From an uncultured Candidatus Binatia bacterium (GTDB lineage: Bacteria > Desulfobacterota > Binatia > Bin18): a stretch of DNA of 64,000 nucleotides. Location: the NCBI GenBank assembly GCA_965214605.1, contig OZ243961.1:3968001-4032000 (forward strand), written 5' to 3'. The notes under the pieces are model-generated. The model did not search any database. It had not been told where the DNA came from and saw only the letters and a program-made list of their open reading frames with translations. Position numbers and translations under genes: made by a program. Positions 49,524 to 59,973 of this stretch are shown in pieces (within the stretch, counting starts at the first letter, position 1; the number at the start of each line of letters is the position of its first letter).

Positions 49524-51230
49524 TTAGAACTGATAGGTCAGCCGTAGCACGGTTTCGTCCCAGCGTCGATACAGGCCGCCCAAGCCCCAACTCTCGTCAA
49601 CCTGACCGCCATAGCCGGGCACGAAGAAATAACTCTGGGCAAGCCGGACAATCAGACGTGGGGTGATGTAGTAATCGACTACCCAGCCGAACTGTGAGCT
49701 ATAGTGGTTCATCGGGTCAAGCACATAAAAAGCGATGGGCAGCAATCTGCCCCGCATATACAGCGTACTCGCTGCGATCGTGCCGACCGCCTCCCAGTTA
49801 CGGACCTTATCGGTCGCCGACAGCTGGCCCTGAAAGCGGGACGTATTGGTAGGAATATACTGCCAAAACAGCTGGCTGGTCAGAAAAAAGGTCGAACGTC
49901 GGTTTAGGCTCCTGATCCAGGTCGGCCGGTCAAAACCAACAAACGCTTGCCACACATCGCTCTTTTTGACGCCCAACAGGCCGCTCGGCACAGGGTTGAC
50001 GCCTTCGTCCAGGACCATGATCGGTTTACGCTTATCGGCAAACGGTTTGCCAAACTCGTAAATGGTCTCCATCCGAAACACGCCCTCGGTATACGTGTCG
50101 TCAGCATAACTGGCCGAGAGGCCGAGCGTGTGGGTATAGGGATAGTACGCCTCGGCGGGCAGGATACCACGCGCCATCAGCGCCGTGTTCTCAGCCGCGA
50201 CCTCGGCAACCGACGCACAGCGGGCCGTGCCTAGCCGGCACTGGTTACGGCCGCGTAAGTTGGCCGTATTGACCCCATCATCATGGGCGATGCGCTGGTA
50301 CAGATAGTTGAGGGTGAGGGTGAGGCCGGACGGAGTGGTCCCACCTAGGCGCACCCCAACCTGACTGTTCTCGCTAATATTTTTGTGATAGTCGCCCTGG
50401 CGCCCCAGCACGGTTCCCTTCAGCAGTTTAAAGTTCTCCAAAGTATTGGCAAACGGGAAACTCCACGGCCGGCCCGGCGTGTAACCAAACTTGAGTGGCA
50501 TCCATAGACCCGGAACCCAGTAGGTTTCAAGAAACACATCGCTCAAGCTCCCGATCTGACCAAAATTATAAGTGGCGCGGATCATCCAGTACGGAATCCG
50601 CAGGTCGTCCCAGGTTTCCTGGCCCACACCGCCACCGTGCCAAGTCGCGTCCAAGGCGTTGGTGCGATCGAGCATGCGCAGGTTATCCGACTCCCCCCAC
50701 ACAATCATCTGGCGCCCTAGACGCAAGGTGAGGGGAACATCCGTCAGTTCGATGTCGGTATAGACCTCACGAAAGGTGCTCTCAAAACGCAGTGCCTGAG
50801 CGGCGCTGACGTCGAGATTGGCCAGACTGTCGCCCCGACCGGCCCTGCCCTTATACGGAAAAATTTCCTGGCGGGGACCGGGGCGGAAGTCGTACACGCT
50901 ATCATACACCCCACGGTATAGGCCGACAAAGTGGGCCGATTTAATCCACGGCAGGCGAAACCGGTCAAGAATCCGCCCGTCCCGGACCCAGTCGTACTCC
51001 AGCTGTAGCCGGACGGTGTTGCGCTGCTGGACAATCGACCACTTATCCACCTCGGGATGGCGAAAGATCTGTTGGGTCTGGATATTGCCGGAGAAGGACA
51101 GGGGCTCGGCGGTGAACTGGGCGTAGGCATTGGGAAGAGAGACGAGGACTCCCAGCACGACCAGCAGGCTTTGGGCGAGGTGTGTCGGCCGGCTGTGGGT
51201 GTCATGTCCGAAGGGGGTATGGTGTCGCAT
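49524..51230 (-). CDS. DUF1302 family outer-membrane protein
   Basis: Signal peptide, QQRNT, YRGVYDSVYD, RLGRQ.IVWGE.D..R.LD; C-terminal RLTYQF beta-signal. Confidence 0.85.
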   Translation of the reverse strand: MRHHTPFGHDTHSRPTHLAQSLLVVLGVLVSLPNAYAQFTAEPLSFSGNIQTQQIFRHPEVDKWSIVQQRNTVRLQLEYDWVRDGRILDRFRLPWIKSAHFVGLYRGVYDSVYDFRPGPRQEIFPYKGRAGRGDSLANLDVSAAQALRFESTFREVYTDIELTDVPLTLRLGRQMIVWGESDNLRMLDRTNALDATWHGGGVGQETWDDLRIPYWMIRATYNFGQIGSLSDVFLETYWVPGLWMPLKFGYTPGRPWSFPFANTLENFKLLKGTVLGRQGDYHKNISENSQVGVRLGGTTPSGLTLTLNYLYQRIAHDDGVNTANLRGRNQCRLGTARCASVAEVAAENTALMARGILPAEAYYPYTHTLGLSASYADDTYTEGVFRMETIYEFGKPFADKRKPIMVLDEGVNPVPSGLLGVKKSDVWQAFVGFDRPTWIRSLNRRSTFFLTSQLFWQYIPTNTSRFQGQLSATDKVRNWEAVGTIAASTLYMRGRLLPIAFYVLDPMNHYSSQFGWVVDYYITPRLIVRLAQSYFFVPGYGGQVDESWGLGGLYRRWDETVLRLTYQF

Positions 51231-51244
51231 CCGGTTACCTTACC

Positions 51245-52498
51245 CTAGCGGCCGCGAGCCACTATCTTGTTGAGCTGAAAAAAATCGTCGGGTAAGGGTT
51301 GGTTGTAGACAACCTTGGATACCTCGGTCAGCGAGGCAAAGTTGTTCTGGTAGTCGATCATGGACTCACCGATCCAGATAGGGGAGCGGATCTGTTCATT
51401 GCCGGGGCTGAATTTTGGGTTGCCGTACAGCTCGAACAGGGTCTTGTGATGCGCCCCAGCCCGGTCATAGGCCAACATGTAGACCGGGACAAACATCTGG
51501 TGGTCAATATACAGGAGGCGTTTGCTGTACGGATGGTCGGCCGCTTTAGGGATGTTTTCAAGCACCCACATTTGACGCAGCTCCCACGGATCGACCGGAT
51601 ACCAGTTACCACGTCCGCCGAAGCTGGTGTTGGCGACTTTGGCGCCTGCCGGGGCGAGCATCAGGCGTGAGCCCAGCAGCTTCCAGGTGCTGGCGCCGAT
51701 GTAACCCGAGTAGCCAAAGAAGTCCTCGTTCAGAAAGCCCGAATCAAACGAGGCGTCTTCATGCTTAACAATCAGCTTACGAATCTTGCGGCTGGCCGGG
51801 GTGTATAACCAGTCCGCGTCCTTGGCGCTGTCCTTGGCGAAGCGGTGCTTGAGACTCATGGTATTTTTGAGATCAAAAGGAGTGATCATGTGAAAGAATT
51901 CTTTCTGTAACACTCCGTCTTTTTCCCACTGGTTGACTTCGGCCCGGGGCCGGTGCATACCCTGGGCCACGACATAATAGTTTTCAAACTCTCGATCCGC
52001 CTGGCCGGACTCGTTGATCAGACGAAAGGAATTCCACACCTGGATGTTATCGCCGAGGTCCCGGTGGCGCACATTCCAGGCCACCTTCTCCCCGGACTGT
52101 GGGTCGTCCGGGTCGAGCACAGGGAAGGGCAGGCCGGCGACATAGCCGCTTAGCTCGCCGTTAGCCTCAATCCGGACCTGTCCGGCGTACTGCCGGGTGG
52201 CGGCAATATACGCCTCACTGACCGGCAAATCGGTCGTTTCCTGGATGCTAAAGGAAAACTCGCCGGTTTTGATCTTGTCCAGGATTTCCACCGGCAGATA
52301 GTTCTGGGCGGCTTGCCACGAGTCTGCGGAGATGACCGTGCCCGGTTCCAAGCCGGCCAGGGCAGGCTTCTCTATGGCGTATAGATAAAAGGTCCGTTGG
52401 ATAAGCTCGTCATCAAATTCGGTCTGTTCAGCCACAGCCAGTTGCCACCCGCCACTCAACAATAGACCAACGAGGACTCCAAACCATACGTGTTTCAT
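51245..52498 (-). CDS. DUF1329 domain-containing periplasmic protein
   Basis: Signal peptide, YVAGLPFP...DPQ.G.KVAWN, W.Y.P..RK.R, WELR...E..PK...HPYSKR. Confidence 0.9.
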   Translation of the reverse strand: MKHVWFGVLVGLLLSGGWQLAVAEQTEFDDELIQRTFYLYAIEKPALAGLEPGTVISADSWQAAQNYLPVEILDKIKTGEFSFSIQETTDLPVSEAYIAATRQYAGQVRIEANGELSGYVAGLPFPVLDPDDPQSGEKVAWNVRHRDLGDNIQVWNSFRLINESGQADREFENYYVVAQGMHRPRAEVNQWEKDGVLQKEFFHMITPFDLKNTMSLKHRFAKDSAKDADWLYTPASRKIRKLIVKHEDASFDSGFLNEDFFGYSGYIGASTWKLLGSRLMLAPAGAKVANTSFGGRGNWYPVDPWELRQMWVLENIPKAADHPYSKRLLYIDHQMFVPVYMLAYDRAGAHHKTLFELYGNPKFSPGNEQIRSPIWIGESMIDYQNNFASLTEVSKVVYNQPLPDDFFQLNKIVARGR

Positions 52499-52919
52499 TG
52501 CTCCCTCCTACTTGCAAACGATGCTCTTATATATCAGGCTCATGGGTCTGTCGCATCCCCACGCCATAGGCCGGCCGTTACACAGCCCCTCTCGCAGGAG
52601 CCCTCATGGCCACTGTTTTCTCAAAAATCAAAGGGGCGATAGCTCAGTTGTCTCCTGTCAGCAGACTGCCTACCAGCAAATTTTGTCTTCTTGCAAGACT
52701 CCAAGAATACGCTCTTCAGCCGAGAGAATCTAAGGTAGAGAAAGTGTTTAGTATGGGCTATCTTGCTGCGGGGAGATTCGTGCAGGACAGGAGAAACAAG
52801 TGGCTGCTGAGCAGGAATGTCAGCGGTTTCCTCGAAAGTGCCCGTCACAGCGGGGCGGGAAGCTCTCGAACTTCACTAGGTTCATGGCGATGACCGGAGG
52901 GGGCCACGAGTACGCTCTG

Positions 52920-53250
52920 TAAGGTTGTGGGGCAGATGGTCAACGGTTGGGATACGAGTGTTTTGCCCAAAGGCGGCAATCTGGGCGAGACTCTCTGCAA
53001 GGACCAGCTTGCCGGATGCAGAGAGCCGCTGAAGCGGGAACTGACGCTCTACACCCCCTCGCGTCTGATCCTCTTTACGGGACCTGGAGGGGGCTGCCCA
53101 TTTCTGTGTAACTTTGCCCGCACCCCACAAGAGGTCGCCGGATTCCGTTCCGCCGAGGAATGTGGAGAGCTCAGCATCGCTCCCGGTAAGCAGCAAATCC
53201 AGCCCCGGTGTTGCGTGTCACCCCGGTATACACTGCGTGTAACCATCCAT
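52920..53250 (+). pseudogene. Eroded gene fragment, possibly uracil-DNA glycosylase-like fold
   Basis: VVGQMVNGW...PKGGN...LC..Q..GC...L..EL..Y.P.RLILFTG resembles UDG-superfamily hypothetical proteins; no proper start and apparently internally deleted. Confidence 0.4.
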
Positions 53251-53339
53251 ATTCCAGCGGACGACGCCTCGCCGCTACCGCTGAACCGGAGGGGGCTAGT
53301 TAAATCTTCAGCTACACTGACTGATTAAGGAGGCAGATC

Positions 53340-55031
53340 ATGGGATATGACCTGGTAATTAAAAACGCGCAGATTTGCGATGGCGTCGGGACTCCGGTGT
53401 ACGGGGGGTCGCTGGCAGTCGCCGACGGAAAAATCATAGAGGTTGGCAAGATATCCGGCCCCGCCAGGCGTGAGATCAACGCCGATGGGCTTGTCCTTGC
53501 GCCCGGCTTTATTGACATCCACACCCATTACGACGCTCAAATTTCGTGGGACCCTCTGCTGACTAGCTCCTGTTGGCACGGCGTCACCTCGGTGCTGATG
53601 GGCAACTGCGGCGTGGGGGTAGCGCCGTGCCGCCCGGCCGAACGTGAGGTCATGGCCTGGGATTTGGTCAATGTCGAGGCTATGCCCTACGACGTGTTGA
53701 TGAATGGGGTATCGTGGGAGTGGGAGAGTTTTCCCGAGTACATGGACGCCGTTGCTCGGCGTGGCATCGGCATTAACGCCGGATTCTTAGTCCCCCTGTC
53801 GGCTCTGCGCTTTTACGTCATGGGGGAAGCCGCATCCGAGCGGGCGGCTAATACGGACGAAATTGAGCGGATGACACAGCTCTTTCGCCAGGCTATGCAG
53901 GCCGGGGCCTACGGATTCTCCTTAAGCCTGATCCCGCGTCACATCGGCTATCAGGGGAAGCCGCTGTCCAGCCGCTTGACTAGTAAAGCCGAACTGAGCG
54001 CTCTGGGCCGGGTGATGCGAGAGCTGAAAAAAGGGGTGATTGAAGCGGCCCTGCTGCGTCAAGCCGGCGAACTCGGGGACGAAGAACTCGACCTGCTCCT
54101 CCACATGGCCAACGAGAGCCAGCGGCCGGTCACCTGGCTTGCCCTGATCCACATGCCAGACCTGCCCGGCGCGTGTGAGCGTATTCATGCCCGGGTGCAG
54201 CCGTTTCTGGAGCAAGGGCTACGCATCCCTCCCCAGGTCAATCCGCGTCCGATCTCGCAGTACTACAGCCTGCGTAACCCGTTTCTGTTTTCCGAGCTGC
54301 CGTCATGGAGGGGTGCGTTTAATCGGACCGTTGAGGAGCAGCTGGCGCTGTATCGTTCGACGGAATTTCGCCACGCGTTTCGCGACGACATTGCGTCCGG
54401 TCGGGGGCTGCTGTTTCGCGGCCAGTGGGATCGTCTGCACGTGACCCGGGTAGAAACCGAACGCAACAAAGCGTTGCTGAACACCAGCCTGGCCGATCTG
54501 GCTGCACGGCTGGACAAAGATCCGGTCGATGTGCTCATGGATCTGGCTGTTGACGAGAGGACTGAGCTGGGAGTGACGGTGTCGATTATCAACTCTGACC
54601 AGAAAGCGGTCGGCGAGATTATGAATTTGCCCAATGTCCTGATTGGGCTGTCGGACGCTGGTGCTCATGTGGACCAACACTGCGAAGCCGGGGTGCCCAC
54701 CTATATCCTGGGCGAGTGGGTGCGCAAGCGGCAATTCCTGAGCCTCGAAGAAGGCGTGCGCCGGGTGACCTCCGAGCTGGCCGACTTCTTGGACCTCACA
54801 ACAAAGGGCCGGCTTTCCCCAGGCCTGGACGCTGACCTAGTCCTGTTTGATCCGACCACGGTCGGAACCTGTCCGGGCGAATGGGTCAACGATCTGCCAC
54901 AGGGCAAGCCCCGGCTCATTGAGCGGGCCAAGGGAGTTGTCTATACTATCGTCAGCGGTCAGGTGTTATTTGCACACAACGAGTACCAGGGCGGCTTACC
55001 GGGACACGTGGTGAAGAGTGTGGCGGGCTGA
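53340..55031 (+). CDS. Amidohydrolase, N-acyl-D-amino-acid deacylase family (paralog of 46343-48022)
   Basis: PGFIDIHTHYDAQ, HGVT...GNCG, SDAGAH; AAGGAGG RBS. Confidence 0.92.
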   Translation: MGYDLVIKNAQICDGVGTPVYGGSLAVADGKIIEVGKISGPARREINADGLVLAPGFIDIHTHYDAQISWDPLLTSSCWHGVTSVLMGNCGVGVAPCRPAEREVMAWDLVNVEAMPYDVLMNGVSWEWESFPEYMDAVARRGIGINAGFLVPLSALRFYVMGEAASERAANTDEIERMTQLFRQAMQAGAYGFSLSLIPRHIGYQGKPLSSRLTSKAELSALGRVMRELKKGVIEAALLRQAGELGDEELDLLLHMANESQRPVTWLALIHMPDLPGACERIHARVQPFLEQGLRIPPQVNPRPISQYYSLRNPFLFSELPSWRGAFNRTVEEQLALYRSTEFRHAFRDDIASGRGLLFRGQWDRLHVTRVETERNKALLNTSLADLAARLDKDPVDVLMDLAVDERTELGVTVSIINSDQKAVGEIMNLPNVLIGLSDAGAHVDQHCEAGVPTYILGEWVRKRQFLSLEEGVRRVTSELADFLDLTTKGRLSPGLDADLVLFDPTTVGTCPGEWVNDLPQGKPRLIERAKGVVYTIVSGQVLFAHNEYQGGLPGHVVKSVAG

Positions 55032-55148
55032 CGAGGGAGCACGGAGTGCCACACTCTCTTTCTTTTTCTACATGCGCTCGGCTACTAGTGTAGGGCTTCT
55101 GAAGACGAGCGTCAGACGATTGCGACTACCAGAAGGAGGACATGGAGT

Positions 55149-56246
55149 ATGACAACACGACCTGATTCGCCGATGCAGATCGGTATGGCTGCGATCTGCC
55201 AAAACCCGGCTCAGAAAATCTCGGACTATGAGGTCTATAAAAATGAGATTCGGCTGGCCGATTTGGCAGAGCCGCTTGGCTTTGATTCAATTTGGAGCGT
55301 TGAGCACCACTTTACCGATTACACCATGGTGCCCGATGTTCTTCAGTTCCTGACCTATATGGCTGGCCGGACTAAGACGGTCAGACTAGGCTCGATGGTC
55401 GTCGTTCTGCCCTGGCATGACCCGATGCGGGCGGCAGAAGAAATCTCGATGCTGGACGATCTGTGCGACGGGCGGCTGATTCTGGGGCTTGGCCGCGGCG
55501 CCGGTCAGGTTGAATTCGAGGGCTTTCGGGTCGATATGGGCGAGTCCCGCGCACGCTTTATCGAGGCCGCCGATATGGTCCTGACCGGACTCGAACAGGG
55601 CTACTGTGAGTATGAGGGCAAATACTATACACAGCCCAAGAAAGATATCCGCCCCAAGCCGTTCAAATCCTTTAAGGGCCGGACGTATGCTGCCGCAGTC
55701 TCGCCCGAGTCGTCCGAGATCATGGCCCGTCTCGGTGTCGGTATTCTGATTATTCCCCAGAAGCCGTGGGAAGATGTGGCGGTTGAGCTGGAGATGTATC
55801 GAACCATCTACCGTGAGACCAACGGGTCTGAAGCACCGGCGCCGATCGCTGGCGGCTGGGTCTTCTGCGATAAAGATGCTGGCCGAGCTGAAGAGATGGC
55901 CCGGCGCTACATCGGGGCCTACTGGCAGTCGGCCATGAAGCACTACAATTTTGGTGGCGATCATTTCGCCAAAACCAAGGGCTACGAGTACTACGGCAAG
56001 ATGGCTGAGTCGATGGGCAGTGTTGAAGGCGTGACTGACTTTTTCCTCAATCTCCAGGTGTGGGGTACGCCAGACCAGTGTTTTGACAAAGTTATGGAGA
56101 TCCGCTCCAAAATCGGCTGCAATGCCTTCACCGGTGTCTTTAGCTACGGCGGCATGCCGTACGAAGATAGCGAACAGAGCATGCGTTTGTTCGCCAGCGA
56201 AGTGATGCCACGCTTGCAGCAGCTAGGGCAAAAAGCGGTTGCCTAA
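55149..56246 (+). CDS. LLM class flavin-dependent oxidoreductase
   Basis: AEPLGFDS.W.VEHHF, LPWHDP.R.AE, GRL.LGLGRG, WGTP. Confidence 0.94.
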   Translation: MTTRPDSPMQIGMAAICQNPAQKISDYEVYKNEIRLADLAEPLGFDSIWSVEHHFTDYTMVPDVLQFLTYMAGRTKTVRLGSMVVVLPWHDPMRAAEEISMLDDLCDGRLILGLGRGAGQVEFEGFRVDMGESRARFIEAADMVLTGLEQGYCEYEGKYYTQPKKDIRPKPFKSFKGRTYAAAVSPESSEIMARLGVGILIIPQKPWEDVAVELEMYRTIYRETNGSEAPAPIAGGWVFCDKDAGRAEEMARRYIGAYWQSAMKHYNFGGDHFAKTKGYEYYGKMAESMGSVEGVTDFFLNLQVWGTPDQCFDKVMEIRSKIGCNAFTGVFSYGGMPYEDSEQSMRLFASEVMPRLQQLGQKAVA

Positions 56247-56299
56247 GCCCCCGTTTTTTGGTTGTCTGTCCCGTTCAGAAAATCCCCCTGCGCTTTGTG

Positions 56300-57247
56300 A
56301 CATGTGATGCAAATGAAGCGGAGACGCAGAGGGGAGGGGTCGCAGATACGCTAGGCACGCCGGACCTGTCCCAAAGAGGCGCGCCATGGTCCTCTCGGTC
56401 TTGGCCCACTTCTCTGATGACCCCCCCTGCCATCGTGGACGACCTCTCCCAACCGTATGCGACCCCGGTCAAGCCGATGCGACTGAGGTTACGGCCCACG
56501 GTTTCGGACAACGCCGTGCTGATGCTGTCCGTGTGATGGTGGGAGCGGTCGGAGCTGCTGTACGTGCAGGCACCCCGGCGGGCCTATTTCTCGTGTGTGC
56601 TCAGGCAAAGTACCTCTCACCGGCGCTGCCGGGACCTGACGGGGGGGTGGCTTTGGTCCCCACTCGCGGTGCAGGAGCTGCGAGCGGTCACGACCGAAGT
56701 GAGTGTAGCAGTGTCCTTGCTGTAGCGCCGTTAGGCGGCGCGAGCGGTTGTTGACTGACGAAGCGACCTTCGGCGAGGGGGACAGCAACAAGGCCATGGG
56801 CGTGGTCACCGGCTTCATGCTCGTCCCGGCAAGCATGGCCGATTGCTGGAGGGCTGGTGTCTTGCTGTGCTGGCGGGTGGAGCGGCACGCGCTTCCTCCT
56901 TGAGTTGGCCGAGACTCACCGGCGCTGATTAACGGTACGCTGTCTCTCGCCAATGAGGGCTTCTTTGGAACGCGGCGGCAACAACTTTGGAGTCAGTGCG
57001 ATGGCGCTCCCCTTGTCGCGCCCCAATCGGGGTCCTCAGGCTGGGGTGGCCAAGCACTCGCATCTGCACTGGCACCAGTAGGTGGAGACGACCGAGCGGG
57101 CAGTCTGATGCAGCCTCTCGGCTTGCACTTTGCCTGGGGCGCGTGACAAACTGGGCCTTCTAGTGAGGATCGCGTCTAAGCTGCACTGAGTGTGGGGAGG
57201 GGACTCAATCGGCTCTTCGGGCGCTCCACTTTAACCTCGACACCCTC
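56300..57247 (-). mobile_element. Degenerate IS256-family transposase remnant
   Basis: Minus-strand fragments GRDKGSAIALTPKLLPP / VSA...SPPAIGHACRDEHEAG / TLLHSLRS..LAAP..VG / RQV follow the order of IS256 RDR...FTS.LLPPY / GVST...LS.ATISRL..W.DEH.AW / ELL.DLK.RGL...P.LAVGDG; possible end GAGGGTGTC at 57247-57239; multiple stops and frameshifts. Confidence 0.55.
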
Positions 57248-57842
57248 ATTTCTGCAAGCAACAAAGACTATGGTTTAGCCAGTGAGAGTTGACAAGGATC
57301 AGCTCTGCACTCGCCTGAGAAGAGCCTGGAGCGTTTGCCAGGGATTACCAGAGAAGGTTTCACCGTTTGCTGGGTGGAGTCTAACTCTCTCTCCCTTAAC
57401 TCACCGAGCCTGAAAAAAGATAAATTTCCCCTCCACCCCTTCCCGTCTCTGATGAGGGGCTCTCAAAGACTCTGGGCAGTCGGGCAGGAGTGCGCTATGT
57501 TCTCAGTCTGAAAGGGGAGAGGCGTGCCTTTTGTCGAAAAGGGGACCCACATGTATTACGAGGTCCATAGACGGAGCCTGGCTATGACCTCGGCCCATCC
57601 CGGACTCCAGAGTCACCCGAGTTGGTGGCAGCAGGTGTTTGCTGAGTCGTTGACGTGGAATCACCATGGGCTGACGCGTGACCCGCCCGGAGAGACCCCG
57701 ACGCACATGCCTACTCCACAGGAGACCTGCCAGGCTTGCTGAATCACCGAGATTCTTGAGAGAGCCACGTTGGTCGGCCAGCCGGTGGGCGGCTGGGATC
57801 TCAAAATAATGAGACATAACACACGGCAGATGAGGAGAGACC

Positions 57843-59033
57843 ATGGACTTTCAATACACGCCTGAGCAAGAGGCGTTTCGACTGCGGGTGCGGAGTTGGC
57901 TGGCCGAGCATCTGCCGCCCGAGCTGAAGGTCGAAGACGCGATGGATGAGCGGGTGGCACCAAACCGCGAGATTTTTGACAAACGCATGGTCTGGCATAA
58001 AAAGCTCTACCAAGCTGGCTGGATCGGCCTGGCTTGGCCCAAAGAGTACGGTGGTCGGGGCGCCGACCTGATGGAGCAGATTATTTACAATGAAGAGTAC
58101 GCCCATGCTCGGGCGCCAATTCTACCAGGCTATGTGGGCCTCGGGCTGGCCGGTCCGACCATTGCCCAATGGGGCACCGAAGAACAGAAACAAGACTTTT
58201 TGCCGCGGATTTTGAAAGGCGAACTGGTCTGGTGTCAGGGCTACTCTGAGCCAGGCTCGGGCTCTGACCTGGCCAGTTTACAGACCAGGGCTGTTGAGGA
58301 CGGCGATGACTTTATTGTCAACGGCCAAAAAGTGTGGACCTCGGGCGCTCAGTATGCCGACTGGATGGTGTTGCTGGCTCGCACCGACCCGGAGGCGCCC
58401 AAGCATAAGGGCATCAGTTATTTCCTGCTGGATATGAAAACACCGGGCGTAAGCGTCCGGCCGCTGGTGTTGATGAACGGCCATAGCCATTTTAACGAGG
58501 TGTTCTTTGAGGACGTGCGTATGCCTAGGGCCAACCTGCTGGGACCCGAAAACGAGGGCTGGAAGGTTGCCATCACGACCCTGATGTTTGAGCGTAGCGC
58601 GGCCAGCGGAGGCGGGGGCGGGTCGCAGATCCGACGTTTGGCCGAGCTGGCTAAACGGGTCGAAATAGACGGCAACCCCGCCTGGCAGCAAACCTGGGTC
58701 CGCCAGCGCTTGGCCGCGTTTGAGATTGAAAAAGAAGCCCTGAAATACACCCGCCTGCGCAGTCTGACCCGTCAGCTCAAGGGCCAGCCGCCTGGGCCGG
58801 AAGGTTCGATCTTAAAACTGGCCAGTTCTGAACTCGGCGTGCGCATTGGCGCCTTTGTGAGTGAGTTGTTGGGACCCTACGCCCTGCTTGAGGCTAAGAC
58901 CGACGTCGTACCCGACGCCCCACGCTGGCTCAACCGCGTGCTGAGCGCCCGCCAGTATACGATTGCCGGTGGTACCAGCGAGATTCAGCACAATATTATT
59001 GGTGAGCGGGTGTTAGGTTTACCAAAGGGCTAA
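57843..59033 (+). CDS. Acyl-CoA dehydrogenase (FadE-like)
   Basis: WPKEYGG, WCQGYSEPGSGSDLASL, NGQKVWTS, FNEVFF, TIAGGTSEIQ. Confidence 0.96.
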   Translation: MDFQYTPEQEAFRLRVRSWLAEHLPPELKVEDAMDERVAPNREIFDKRMVWHKKLYQAGWIGLAWPKEYGGRGADLMEQIIYNEEYAHARAPILPGYVGLGLAGPTIAQWGTEEQKQDFLPRILKGELVWCQGYSEPGSGSDLASLQTRAVEDGDDFIVNGQKVWTSGAQYADWMVLLARTDPEAPKHKGISYFLLDMKTPGVSVRPLVLMNGHSHFNEVFFEDVRMPRANLLGPENEGWKVAITTLMFERSAASGGGGGSQIRRLAELAKRVEIDGNPAWQQTWVRQRLAAFEIEKEALKYTRLRSLTRQLKGQPPGPEGSILKLASSELGVRIGAFVSELLGPYALLEAKTDVVPDAPRWLNRVLSARQYTIAGGTSEIQHNIIGERVLGLPKG

Positions 59034-59149
59034 CGGCCACGCGCGTTTCCTACACCTGCGCTCTTTTCCCTGGTGGGATGGATATGCCATAGATCAGCGG
59101 CTAGCAAGAATAGGCAGAACGGCAGACGAGACATTCAGGAGGGTAAAGC

Positions 59150-59917
59150 ATGGATGTAAAACAAGCGACCGATATTTTGTGGCAGTCGATGCAGCAGGGT
59201 GATCACGCGCCGAAAGCGCTCAGAAAGACACTCTCGTTGAGTGATGCCTACCAGGTACAGCTCGGGATTTTGGATCGTCTGCTGGCCGCTGGAGAGAAGC
59301 TGAGCGGCTGGAAGATTGGCGGTACCTCGGACGCCGCCCGCCAAATGCTCAAGCTGACTGAGCCGGTCCGAGGTTACTTGTTGGCCAAGAACCACTACGC
59401 GAGTGGACACACGTTTGAGCACGCCGCGCTAGGTAAACCAGTGATCGAATCGGAGCTGTGCCTCATGATCGGAAAAGACCTGAAGGGACCGGACGTGACT
59501 AGGCAACAGGTGGTTGAGGCGGTGTCGGCGATCAGCCCGGCTTTTGAACTGGTCCAGATGCGTAGCGATATCGCGTCTGATTTGCCCTTGGGGGTGGCTG
59601 ATGATGTCGCCCAGTGGGGGGTTGTGCTGGGAACGGCCGTGTCTCCCTATCCGCAGGATTTGGATCTGGGCGGTATTAGTATTGAGATGAAGAAAAACGG
59701 AGAAGTAGTCCAGCAGGCGCTTGGCCGCGAGGTGATTGATGACCAGCTTGACGCGCTGGCCTGGTTGGCCAATCGGCTTGCCGAACATGGTAGAACTTTA
59801 GAGGCGGGGCAGTGCGTCATGACCGGCTCGTGCACCAGACCGGCACCGATTGCTCAGGGTGATACGTGGCAGACGACGTTTTCATCGGTTGGCACAGTGA
59901 CGGCCACATTTGTCTAA
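59150..59917 (+). CDS. 2-keto-4-pentenoate hydratase-like (FAA hydrolase family)
   Basis: DAYQVQ, GWKIG.TS, IESEL, LAWLAN.L, GQ.VMTGS. Confidence 0.9.
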   Translation: MDVKQATDILWQSMQQGDHAPKALRKTLSLSDAYQVQLGILDRLLAAGEKLSGWKIGGTSDAARQMLKLTEPVRGYLLAKNHYASGHTFEHAALGKPVIESELCLMIGKDLKGPDVTRQQVVEAVSAISPAFELVQMRSDIASDLPLGVADDVAQWGVVLGTAVSPYPQDLDLGGISIEMKKNGEVVQQALGREVIDDQLDALAWLANRLAEHGRTLEAGQCVMTGSCTRPAPIAQGDTWQTTFSSVGTVTATFV

Positions 59918-59973
59918 ATGATGCATGCTGAACGGAGGACTGTGGAAGGGAAGGAGCAGCGAAATGCCCGGAG

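Noticed and set aside
56700-56953. IS701- or IS66-like reading of the relic
   Set aside because: IS256 motifs explain more fragments in the correct order
57445-57475. CTGATGAG hammerhead-like core
   Set aside because: Required GAAA after stem II is absent and stems I/III were not found
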